A stretch of 64,000 nt of DNA from Macrostomum hystrix (Eukaryota; Animalia; Platyhelminthes): the NCBI GenBank assembly GCA_950097015.1, contig CATNEN010000039.1:11594001-11658000 (forward strand). Reading direction: 5' to 3'. Shown one piece after another: positions 12,811-26,000 of this stretch. The notes under the pieces are model-generated. The model was given only the letters and a program-made list of their open reading frames with translations, was not told where the DNA came from and made no database searches. Each line of letters begins with the position of its first letter. Positions within the stretch are counted from its first letter, which is position 1. The position numbers were made by a program, and so were the translations under genes.

Positions 12811-14097
12811 AGACAGTGGAGAGATTAAAGAGTAGAGAGTGAGTGTTGAAAGATCCATGTATCTGAATCTTGAATTTTTTATCTGGGCGCAGCACCTTTT
12901 TGACTCATTGCAAAAGTTGAGAAGCTGTGACGGCACTAATGTTGGGTACATTTGTATGAGTCAATTTATTTAAACAGTTCTTGAACGGATGGTTATTGAA
13001 TTTCTCGCAAAACACGCAGTGAGATTCCATTCAATTTAATTCAAAATGTGTCCCACTACGTGTGTACTATATTTATAACCATATTGTGTTTTCGTCGTCC
13101 GTGCATAGTTTATGGTTAAATTATACTAAACGTTATAACAAAATACAAATACAGCAACGATAAAAGAAGATCACACCAACACGTTGTTAGTATGCTAAAC
13201 CATAGCAACAATAACTAATTACATTTATTTCAAACACTTTTCTAACAGTAATCTTTTTACAGCGAGAAATGTAATGGCAACATGAATGACATAGTATTCG
13301 TTACTATAAGCAATTTGAGATTTTAACGTCGTTAAAACGAGAATCGATTATGGTGACCCGTGGGATTATCTGTGTTTTGTAATACTCTCTATATCTATGT
13401 TGCAGGTGTCATGAACCATATTTTCGACAATACAACAACAGCAAAGAGAAAATAAGTGGCTAATTTTGATGTGGAAGACAAACGACCGTTTTTCCCCAGT
13501 AAATTGTTTCTAATATTCGATCTAAGCATTTGTTCAAAGTGAAGTTTCGGCATCGATTGTGTCTCTTTCATAGGGAAATATATATTACAATAAATAAATT
13601 CACCAACGATATAGTCGCTCCCAATGCTTCTTTTATCCCATGCTGCCTAGGCCATCTCATGGAGCGATCATTAAGGACAATCAGAAAGGCCATAAGAGTG
13701 ACCATTCTAAGTGACCATTCTAAGGCCGCTATAGACCACATTTAGTGGAAAAGCACCCAGTGTGACTGGAGTCGTCATTTTGTCTATGGCCATAACCAAC
13801 TGTAAATAGAGGGACACGAATGTACTTTTCACACTGGCCTACTCTCGAGTCTGCTTCTTAGATATGTCTATGGTCCAAGCACTCGGGCCAGAGCAAACCT
13901 TTGGGTCTGAAATCCTTTACTTTGACTAGCCCCTAAAACAAAACAGTGCGGCGAAAACGCAATTGTCTATGGTTTAAACATACAACTCTCCGCACCCCAA
14001 ATCTCCTTTGTAGTTTGATGGGAAAAAAGTGATAAATGTGATTAAACGATGTTGCAACACATGGCTTTATGGTGATCCGTACAACATGAAGACAATG

Positions 14098-17000
14098 TCA
14101 TAAAGTGGTCACCTTCTGCTTCTCCGTGAATCCTTCTTCGCCTTCCTCAATAACCAGTGGCGCGGACACCGCGGTGACATCCTCGGCCATCTTGGCCAAG
14201 CTGCTGACGATGCTGAAGTGCCGACTTTGCTTCTCTTTGCGTTTATCAATGAAGCTTCCTAGCCAGCCTTTTAGGCGGTGCGACACCAGGTAGACAACGA
14301 TTGGGGCCGGGGTGAAAATGGCCGCAGCTAGCGGCATGATGGTGGCCAGGTCGGCTGTGGGACTGTCGCAGGACATGCGAATCGCTGGAATAGCCACCAG
14401 GCAGGCGCAGCAGGCGGTCTCGGCTGCGAGGGTTTTCCGACGCGGCTTGTCTAGCTTGACGATAAAGCTAGCCAGTCCGCCGAGACAGAATCCGGCCGCG
14501 ATAAAGGTCAGAACGCAGCCCATGGCTTTGGGCTCGAGATGGTCGATGGCGTAGTGGTTGATGTAGATTCCCAGCGTCACCATGAGGATGCTAGCCAGTA
14601 GCAGCAGCGGCCTGCCGACCCAATTCAGCGCTGCCTGGGCCAGACTTGGCCGGCAGGTGGCAACTAAGCAGCCGGTGAGCTGGCTAATGAATAAGATCAG
14701 TAGCCAAAGAACCAGGCGATAGTGAAGCAACTGCAGCTGAAGGTAGTGCGAGAACAGACTCAACCATGCCGGGGACAAACCTGTGTGACAGAGGTTTACT
14801 GCTTAAAAAATAATGATAATAATGGCAGGAGGGGTTCGGAAAATGGCACATCATTTGGTGACACTGTAATAACTAAGGCCGAGGCTCAGACAAAACTCTC
14901 ACCTTTACTGCCGCGCTGAGCGCGCGTCTATATATTATTTTCTAGAACTGGGGTGGCGACACCCACCCCGCTCCGCAACCAATCAAACGACCCAGGTGTA
15001 CACCTGGGCCTGGCTCACGTGCATACGCACACTAGACCCGCAGTCAGCGAGGAGGCAATTCTGCCCATTTCGCTGACTCCAAAGCACACACGCACACACT
15101 CACACAGGTGTGTACATCTGCCCTGACTTTCTCATCGTACACTTCATCGCCTTAGAGGTTGGCCCAAGGACTACTACAACAACACTAAACAAAAATAAGT
15201 GTTGTTTAGTAGTCCTTGGGTTGGCCCTCAGGGGCGTAAATTGCACGACAAGCCCCCAAGCCTTCTCTCCGCGGCTGCGCCCCAAATAAATGTGGCCTCG
15301 CCGTGGAATCGAACTTATGGACCTTGTAGCGAGAGGCAAACGCGTTTGACCGCTCTGCCACCGACCCCCCTGGGTGTACCGCTTTCATTTAGTTCGCTTA
15401 TATTGTTGAAAACTATTGCAGTAGATGTCTAGTCGACATATCTAAATACCTAACAGAATGAAAGTACAGTTGCTTTGATTATGTACATTCCTCAACTGTA
15501 CCAAGCAAAACAGTGAGCAAACTTACTTAACAGCACCTGCTGATTATCAATAGCAACTGTAGTGCGCCGCGTATATGCCGTTGTTTACCATTATCTCGTA
15601 TCACTGAACGTACACCTGGCTATGTACACCTGGCTATGAACACCTGGCTATGTACACCTGGCTATGTACACCTGGTTAGGTACACCTGGCTATGTACACC
15701 TGGCTATGTACACCTGGCTATGTACACCAGGCTGCCAGGTCCAAGTCAGCGGGCTGAGGTGGGTGTCTCGCCCGGCCCAGAATATATAGATTTACAATTT
15801 ATATATCTGCACCCATCACTACAATACTGCACCCATCACTACAATACTGCACCCATCACTACAATACTGCACCCATCACTACAATACTGCACCCCTCACT
15901 ACAATACTGCACCCATCACTTCAATACTGCACCCCTCACTACAATACTGCACCCATCACTTCAATACTGCACCCATCACTACAATACTACACCCATCACT
16001 ACAATACTGCACCCATCACTACAATACTGCACCCATCACTACAATACTGCACCCATCACTACAATACTGCACCCCTCACTACAATACTGCACCCCTCACT
16101 ACAATACTGCACCCATCACTACAATACTGCAACCATCACTACAATACTGCACCCATCACTACAATACTGCACCCATCACTACAATACTGCACCCATCACT
16201 ACAATACTGCACCCATCACTACAATACTGCACCCATCACTACAATACTGCACCCATCACTACAATACTGCACCCCTCACTACAATACTGCACCCATCACT
16301 TCAATACTGCACCCCTCACTACAATACTGCACCCATCACTTCAATACTGCACCCATCACTACAATACTACACCCATCACTACAATACTGCACCCATCACT
16401 ACAATACTGCACCCATCACTACAATACTGCACCCATCACTACAATACTGCACCCCTCACTACAATACTGCACCCCTCACTACAATACTGCACCCATCACT
16501 ACAATACTGCAACCATCACTACAATACTGCACCCATCACTACAATACTGCACCCATCACTACAATACTGCACCCATCACTACAATACTGCACCCATCACT
16601 ACAATACTGCACCCATCACTACAATACTGCACCCATCACTACAATACTGCACCCATCACTACAATACTGCACCCATCACTACAATACTGCACCCAGCCCT
16701 ACAATATTGTACGAGTAGATCGAGAATCGAGAATGCATCTGGTCTGAGCCCGCTGTCAAAACTACATAAATTAATTAATAAAAAATGAGTAAATAAATGA
16801 ATGATAACTACGCCTGTACATAGGAAATCAGAGACTTAGGAAATCAGAGACTTAGGAAATTAGAGATTTAGGAAATTAGAGACTTAGGAAATCAGAGACT
16901 TAGGAAATTAGAGACTTAGGAAATCAGAGACTTAGGAAATCAGAGACTTAGGAAATCAGAGACTTAGGAAATTAGAGACTTAGGAAATCAGAGACTTAGG

Positions 17001-20000
17001 AAATCAGAGACTTAGGAAATCAGAGACTTAGGAAATCAATGATTACTTACTTAATGATTACTTAATAATTGGCTTCAGGCTGCTAAAATATTGGACCTGG
17101 TACTGCCAGAGATTGGCACTTTTTAATCGGTGAGATTTACAAGTATATTATTTACTGCGAATAGAAAAAAGATGTCATCCACACTCACATTGGGTGAGAG
17201 AGCGATAGCCCACTTATAGAGTTCCTACGTTTTGCGTAGATTCAGCAGAGATAAAAGCAGGACTGTTTGGACTGAAAGAAGTGTTCTAAGACAGCTTTTA
17301 ATTCGGCGCGATTATTACCTTTATTGCTATTATTGTCAATTGGTGATTCCAATTGTAGTTTTTTAGAAGACTTGCTCAGTGGCAGTGAGCATTCTATTGT
17401 GACTGTTGACGGCTGTCAACACCGCTCGCCAGCGGCTTCAGATAGGCCCCCTAATATGGAATTTATCGCTGCCAATTGCCAAGCAGCAGCAGCAGCAGCA
17501 GCAGCAGCATCACCTCAAGCAACATCAGCTGCTGGTCGAACACTTTTCAGCACCTTCAGCATGCACCAAGTGCGTAATTGCATGTACAACGAGTCCCAAG
17601 AGGCTATCATTTCACAGATGAGGCAACTCATTGGAGATGCCAACGCCATCTCATCCAGCCAGCTGAATGATGAGTGAGTACCTCAATTAGTTTATCGGAT
17701 GTCTGTATTTTAGATCCATACAAGTCTTTCCCACAAATTAGGGCCTATACAAATACTTTAATTCGCAATAGAGTTTCATCAAATTTCTGATGCCGTCTCT
17801 TCCAGGCCAGCAAGATCTTCTAAAAACAAAATAGGAAACTAATGGAATTATAACAATATTATCAATGTGTGCAGGAGGGCTGCGGGCAAGGCCAATAATT
17901 TTGTGACACTAGACCCGCAGCTAGTGAGGAGGCAATTCTGCCCATTTCGCTGACTCCTGAGCACACACGCACACAGATGCTGTACACAGGCACGCACTCA
18001 CAGGTGTGTACATCTGCCCTGAATTTATTATCGCCAGGCAGTGTACACTTCCCTGTGCCTTCGAGGTCGGCCCTTAAGGGGCACAGCAAGCCCCCAAGCC
18101 TTCTCTCCGCGGCTGCGCCCCAATTTAATGTGGCCTCGCCGCGGAATCGAACTCAGGGACCTTTAAGTGACAGGCTAATCCCTAAATTAAGGATTTCTCA
18201 GCACTTGAAATGGACTACACTATGGACTATTTAAATCAGAAGTTATTTAATGTTGGGTTAAATGAATAGTGAACTAAATTAAATTTTGTTTTCGGAACAT
18301 TTCTAGACATCAGTTCACTTCTTTGCTGAGATTTGCAGTCGCATGTAGTGAGCTATTTTTATAGCGTAGGCTAATTCGCTACCAGAAGAAAATGTAGAGG
18401 CTAGTTGTACAGATTGAAGAGAATTATAGAAGAGTTTAGTCGGGCATTTTAGCTGCCTCAGCAAACGGGTGAGGGATGCTACGAGTCAGTTGATCCTAAT
18501 TTATACTGCGGTTAAATTAATTACAATATTTTCTGTACATAGGGAGGGAGAGTGGGGGAGCTTTCCCGCAGGAGCTTTTCCCACAGCAAGGTTTTCCCGC
18601 AGGAGCTTTTCCCACAACAACGTTTTCCCGCAGGAGCTTTTCCCACAACTGGGTTTTCCCGCAGGAGCTTTTCCCACAACAACGTTTTCCCGCAAGAGCT
18701 TTTCCCGCAACTAGGTTTTCCCGCGGGAGCTTTTCCCACAACAACGTTTTCCCGCAGGAGCTTTTCCCACAACAACGTTTTCCCGCAGGAGCTTTTCCCA
18801 CAACTAAGTTTTCTCGTGCGAGCATTTCCCACAACAACGTTTTCCCGCAGGAGCTTTTCCCACAACTAAGTTTTCTCGTGCGAGCATTTCCCACAACAAC
18901 GTTTTCCCGCAGGAGCTTTTCACACAACAAGGTTTTCCTTCAGGAGCTTTTCCCACAACTAGGTTTTCCCGCAGGAGCTTTTCACACAACAAGGTTTTCC
19001 TTCAGGAGCTTTTCCCACAACCAGGTTTTCCCGCAGGAGCTTTTCCCACAACTAGGTTTTCCCGCAGGAGCTTTTCCCACAACAAGGTTTTCGCGCAGGA
19101 GCTTTTCCCACAACTAGGTTTTCCCGCAGGAGCTTTTCCCACAACTAGGTTTTCCCGCAAGAGCTTTTCCCACAACAAGGTTTTCGCGCAGGAGCTTTTC
19201 CCACAACTAGGTTTTCCCGCAGGAGCTTTTAGTGCAGTAGCTTTTCCCGACGAGCTTTTCCTGATTTTCCACGGCGGGAGAGAATCCGCGGGAAAAACAT
19301 CTGCGTGAAACTGTCTGTGGAAACAAGTCTCATATACTCGTTTTTACGAACAGATATGAGCTCCCAAAGGTGCAATCAGGGTTAGGCGCGTTATCAAAAA
19401 AGTAACGGTGATGGCGGTACCGATCGAAACTGACCATCTGGTAACGGAAAATTGGGTAACGAAAGATTACCTAAAACATAATATCGGTCGCTACTTTCGT
19501 ATTTTTTCTTACAGTGCTACCTAAAATCTGCTATTTTACTTAACCATGTTATAATTTTGTGAAGCTTTGTTTATCTGTCATTCCACAAATCAATTGTTGT
19601 AATCGCAACATCGAATTGGAAACAGAAAAGGCTGCCGGACTTCCGATCACATGGCAACCCTATTGACATTAATTCATAAAACGAAGAAAAAGAAAAAACC
19701 TTTCCATTTAGTTTTCTTTGATTTAAAAAGCGCCTTTGACATGGTTCACCACCCAACCCTTGTGACACGATTAAAGCAGTTGGGCGTGAACCCAGCAATA
19801 ATAAGTACCATTGAGAGTATGTACTCAAGCGCGAAATTTCACCTCAAGGTGTCAGAAAGCACAGCTGCTGAGGCGTGTCAAATTACTAATGGCGTCAGGC
19901 AAGGATGCCACCTATCTCCACTGCTAGTCTCCCTATACATCGACCCGCTAAGCACAATCCTAAAAAACTCATTTCAAAGCCATACCTCCATATTGAATGA

Positions 20001-23000
20001 AGAAGTAAACAACCTGCTTTATTGTGACGGTTTGGTCATTTTTGGTGAAGACCTGACAGAATTACAAAAAGGCCTCCACAAAGTAGCAGATTTTAGCAAT
20101 ATTCAGAAATTAGAAATAAACACTGAGAAGACAAAGCTTCTGAGCTGCAATCTCCACTCAAGGGCAGCACATAGAATGTTTTTACATTGTCGAACGGTTG
20201 AACCCGTACAGCAGTGGACATATCTTGGGTTTCGCATGAAGGTGAAACCAACAATAAATAATCAAAAAGCCCGAATCGGCGTGTGCATTTCAATAATTAA
20301 AAGAATAATAATGTGCCAGAAGACGTAGACATAATCCGTGTCCACGAAGTTAACGAAATAGAAGCGTGCGTTATTTTATTGTGATGACCATGAAATGACA
20401 AATCGAAACGAAAAGTTGAATGCTTTTTTGCTTTCAATGTTTTATAACCAATGTAGTTAGTTGCTGCGCAAGCAATATATAAACGTGTCTATATTAGAGC
20501 ACAAGCGATATTTAATGGAGTGCATGAGGTCAAGCAAGGCCACGCGCACACTATGCACATCATTAGTGTTTAAATTTCAGAGCTTATAACTACATTAATA
20601 TAGCCCACAGATACTATAATAACGAAAGGAAGAAATAATTTGTCTGTTGTAACCACAGAACCACAAGTAAGTTCTGTGGCTGTAACTTTCTTTGTTGCTT
20701 GCTCTGTTGTTACTCTTTTCAATAAACCAAAAAACCAAAAAATAAAAAAATTCTACTGAATTGAAAGTAGCTTGCAAGTATATGTGTTGAGTGACCTATC
20801 TAGTTATTATAGTATCTGTGATATAGCCTAAACCATCCTCATTCCCACCTTGCAAGCTCATTGATCAGTTCAGTTTCATCTGAAATGAAAAATTCGATTG
20901 TCTTTATCCTCCTAGGTAGAAAGGAGAGAGCTGGTGCTGGTGGGAACATTTTGTTACTTATATTATGCAAACAGAGAATATCGAAGAAGCTAGTTTACTT
21001 AGGGATATACCTTTCTGCATGTTGAACACATGTTGAAGACGCCATTCTTCGTCTCGGCTATGCTCCCCATGTGACCTAAAGTGCTCGCAGTTTTTACCGA
21101 ATTGATTCTGTCTTCTATGGTACATCCCGACACCGCTGCCACGTCATACTGCTGACAGCCACGCACCAATTTGAACGCAGAAAGAACCAAAAAGGATTGA
21201 AAAAGCTATATTATCGAGCAAGAAAAAGAAAGAACAAGAAAGAACTAGTGCAGACAAATGAACTAGCAGCAACACAACTTGGTCCAAGCTTCGACATAAA
21301 GCAAATTGTGCCTTTTATTAGATTTGCTGTGAACAGTGTTACTCTCTGGATCATCAAATCATACCGCAGGTGCCGATTCATTCCAATTGGAGGTCATAGT
21401 GAATCCGCTATAATTTCTGGGTTGATTTCAGCAGCAAAATTTTTACTGATTTTTAAATTCTCAAACTGGCCAAGGCCATGCTTCTGCTGATCCTGGCACT
21501 GCAAGTTTCCATGGCAACTGCAGCCTGTGAGTTGCCGATTCGCAAGTACAATGTCTATAAATCCTGGCAGTCGTCCTTTGAGATTTTCCGCCAAAGAATG
21601 ACTTGCTTCGAAACCAGAAGCTTTCTCTTAGAGGAATATATTTTAAAGAATTATCTCCCCAGCTACGACTTCTTCCACAGCAAAGACAGAAGCTATGCAG
21701 ACGGAGGATTTCATTGGTTCGCAGTGAAGCTGTCTGGGTCAGTGATCATCAGATCAGTCACTGTGAAGGGCATAGCGGGTGAGTCACTGCTCCATTTTTC
21801 CATGCACATCAGCCTCCACTGCTTAGTCGTGAAGTTCTCACTTTTAGATGGCGCTACATATCTCTACCCGAGAGCCAGAGACATCGAGATCTGGACATCG
21901 AGCAGCAGCAGTCAGCTGTTCTCAGGTGAACACTGCATCTCAAGAAACATGAGCAGCCAGTTCAGAGAGTCTCAGCATCTCTGGAGACGGTGCGGCCTGA
22001 CGGTGAGCAAGCGGGCGCGTATCGAGGATGGTGAGATCTTCACCGTGAACTGCTTAGCGGAGGTGAGACCTGCTCTGTGCCTTGAGTTGTGCTCTTTTGA
22101 GTTCTGGATCCCACTGAGATTTCATCTGAACTCCAGGTGAGATACTTGCTGCTGCGAAGGAACATTACTGTATCACCGAATAATGAGGACTACATGAGCT
22201 TCGCAGATCTCAGACTTCAGACTGTGCAGCTGAGTGAGTTCGGGTCTTTTACTATGGACCTATTGTTGTGGAAGGGAAATTCTATAATTTCCTTGATTTA
22301 GCAATGTCAATTGGATGATTTGTAAATCTCCAGAATCCTCAGCGCCTCAGCTGGTGCCTCAGAGCTCAAAGTTCAGTGTGAGCTGCTTGCTGCACTGCGA
22401 TGGAGAAAAACTCAACTCGAGCTCAAGCGAGCTGCAGCTGTGCACTCCCAACGGCAGCTGCATAAATGGCCATGAGCTGCACATTGGCAGTGCTCAGCCT
22501 GAGCACTCAGGTGACTACAGGTGCAGATTCGGATCGATTGCAGGAACATCCACTGTCAGTGTGCTGAGTGAGTTCAATTTAAAAGTAGTTTCTCAAGCAG
22601 GAAACGCTCAAGCGGGACATTTTTACACTTCAAATCGTAGCTCGGACAAATTAGACAAACGGTCAAAAATAGCACAATGCAGAAGTTAGCCTGGGGAAAT
22701 TATTTAAAGTAGAAAGGCTGAACTAGCCAATTTAAACACGACACGACACGATAAACAATTTAGGAACTGACTGAAGAATCCAAGGTAAGCAGACAGCAAA
22801 ACAGACAGGGCAGGGTAGCAAACACCCAAAGTCAATTGAAACGCCAATAGCCAATTCAACGACCATGCTGATTAATGGAATTCATGAACTCGTTGAGAAA
22901 TCAGCTCCTCATCAACGAAAATCGATACTAGATTCCTATCCTGCCTTTACCTCGTCACAGAGACTTCAGTCACATAAAATGCATTCGATCGCTATTTGTT

Positions 23001-26000
23001 TATCTGTTTATCATACAAGCTGGTCAAAATATTTTTCAGCGGCCTCCGCGGATCAGTTTGTGGCCGTCAACTCGAGTTTCGCTGTGAGATGCGAGCTGCA
23101 CTGCAACAGCTCAATGCTGTGCTCAAACTCAAGCGGACTCCAGCTCTGCATTCCGAACGGTACCTGCATTAAAAATCACAAGACAGCAGTGGCTCGAGCA
23201 CTCCTTGAGCACTCAGGAAATTACTCTTGCAGCCTCGGCTCTGTGCAGACGCAGACCCCAGTCAACGTGCTGTGTGAGTGAGCATCCAGAATTTTTCTAA
23301 TATTTGCTCCTCATAAGAAATACTTCAGCAGCAATTTATGAAAACACCTCAAAATTCCCGCCAGACCCGCCATCGAGTCTATCGATAAAATTTTTGGAAA
23401 GCTGCAAAAGCATGGCAAGAATAACGGTACAGTTCAGATCATCGGCTTCTCACCCAATGCCTGAGCACACGTGCAACTTTCAAGCTGGCAAACTCAAGGA
23501 AAAAAAATTATCTCGAATGAAACAATGGCTACATGCCTACAGTGGCTACTTGGCTACAATGGCTACTTGGCTACAGTGGCTACTTGGCTACAATGGCTAC
23601 TTGGCTAAAGAACATGTCTCTCTGCTTTCACAGGTGAGTTGCATTCCGTGTGATTCTTGAAAGACTTGGTCGCAACACACTGTACTATATGAAACTGCAG
23701 GTGCCAGACAACAGGAGCCTCCTTACCACGTGGTCGCTCGACAGCGGTGTTGAGCATGACATGAGCAGGAGCGAAGTCTTTGTCAACTGCAGTGCGGCAC
23801 AGAACCTCCCTGAGAACATGACTTTCGGCTCACCTGTTTACACCACGGCTCGACTCGTCTGCCCTGGGGCTGGGCTCACGACTTTCACGATTGCTGTCTC
23901 AGCCATCATCGTTTTCGTTGTTGTGTCAGTCGTCTGCGCTGCATGCTTTCTGCTCATCTCGAAGGTCAGTGCAGGAAAATGTGGCGATCGTGCCCTTCAG
24001 CAGCTGACAGCTCTGAACCTTTCCATTGCAGTTCCGAGTGCCGTCAACTGAGCCTTCAGCAGCCGGGCCCAACCTAAGCTCAAGCATTCAGGAGGAATCT
24101 AAAGTGTCACCTGATGTGTTTCATCCTGCTAATTAGGTGAGTCAACGAGTCACTTAGGCTTCAGCGAGCAAACAGGGACAGTCCCGTCCGAGAAATGCCA
24201 CGTTGCTTATCCATCTCGATGGCCACTTGGCAACAATGGCTACTTGGCTACAGTGGCTGCTTGGATACAGTGGCTACTTGGCTACAGTGGCTGCTTGGAT
24301 ACAGTGGCTACTTGGCTACAATGGCTGCTTGGATACAGTGGCTACTTGGCTACAATGGCTACTTGGCTTCAGTGGCTACTTGGCTACAATGGCTACTTGG
24401 CTTCAGTGGCTACTTGGCTACAATGGCTACTTGGATACAGTGGCTACTTGGATACAGTGGCTACTTGGCTTCAGTGGCTACTTGGCTTCAGTGGCTACTT
24501 GGCTACAATGGCTACTTGGCTTCAGTGGCTACTTGGCTACAATGGCTGCTTGGCTTCAGTGGCTACTTGGCTACAATGGCTACTTGGCTTCAGTGGCTAC
24601 TTGGCTACAATGGCTGCTTGGATACAGTGGCTACTTGGCTACAATGGCTACTTGGCTTCAGTGGCTACTTGGCTACAATGGCTGCTTGGATACAGTGGCT
24701 ACTTGGCTACAATGGCTACTTGGCTTCAGTGGCTACTTGGCTACAATGGCTGCTTGGATACAGTGGCTACTTGGCTACAATGGCTGCTTGGATACAGTGG
24801 CTACTTGGCTACAATGGCTACTTGGCTTCAGTGGCTACTTGGCTACAATGGCTACTAGGCTACAGTGGCTACTTGGCTAATAACTACTTAGCTACAATGC
24901 TACTTGGCTACAATGGCTACTTGGCTACAATGGCTACTTGGCTACTATGGCTACTTGGCTACAATGGCTACTTGGCTACAGTGGCTACTTGGCTACAATG
25001 GCTACTTGGCTACAATGGCTACTTGGCTACAAGGGCTACTTGGCTACAATGGCTACTTGGCTACAATGGCTACTTGGTTACAATGGCTACTTGGCTACAA
25101 TGGCTACTTGGCTACAATGGCTACTTGCCTACAATGGCTACTTGGCTACAATGGCTACTTGGCTACAGTGGCTACTTGGCTACAATGGCTACTTGTCAGT
25201 AGTATTTCCGTTTCATTTCCGAAACTGAATGAGTGCTCAAGACTGCTCTGATTTCAGAAAACGAACGGTCCGAGTCCGAGTGCTGCTACTTGATTGTTAG
25301 CATACCAGCGACTGCTGCTGCTGGTGCTGCTGTGGAGGGGCAGGACACAGACAGCGACAGCTGCACTGACTACATTGAGATTGTTGCTGTAAGCCAATTT
25401 TTTTCGTGATCAGCCAGAGATTCATCAAACTGCACATTTTTGAGTGATTTTAGAGCTCGAAATTCTTGCATAGCTTTGCAATTCTGATTATTAAGCTCGA
25501 GTAGACGAATTTGAATTTCATATTCTGTGAATTAATTTATCATAATCAATAAATAATAAAAGAACTGTTCGTTCATTAGTTTTTGCTCTCACTAGTGGCT
25601 GATCAATTATCCATGCAGAATATGTTCAAGACTCAAATATGTCTATCTGGTTGTCACCTCTGCCAATTTATTACAGTAGCTGGGCAGAGAGTCCCAAAAA
25701 TGTTCTTATCATATCATAGCTCGTGGAAGCCCAGTTTCCTTAGACGATTCTGTCTGAATTTTCTCTGCTTTTTGAACCCAGACTGACTGCCATTCAAGCA
25801 TGCGAAAATGCGTCATAAACTGTTCTAATTACTGTTCTCAAGTGTTGCTAAAAAACATTTAAATACACTCTAACCAGAAGCATGAGTTCAATGGGCCACT
25901 CCTCATCAAATGCAGAAATTTAAAACGGAATGGACGATGAAACCCACCTCATACAAGTCACCTCTACCATCACCTGCTCGACAACCTACAGAACTCTACT

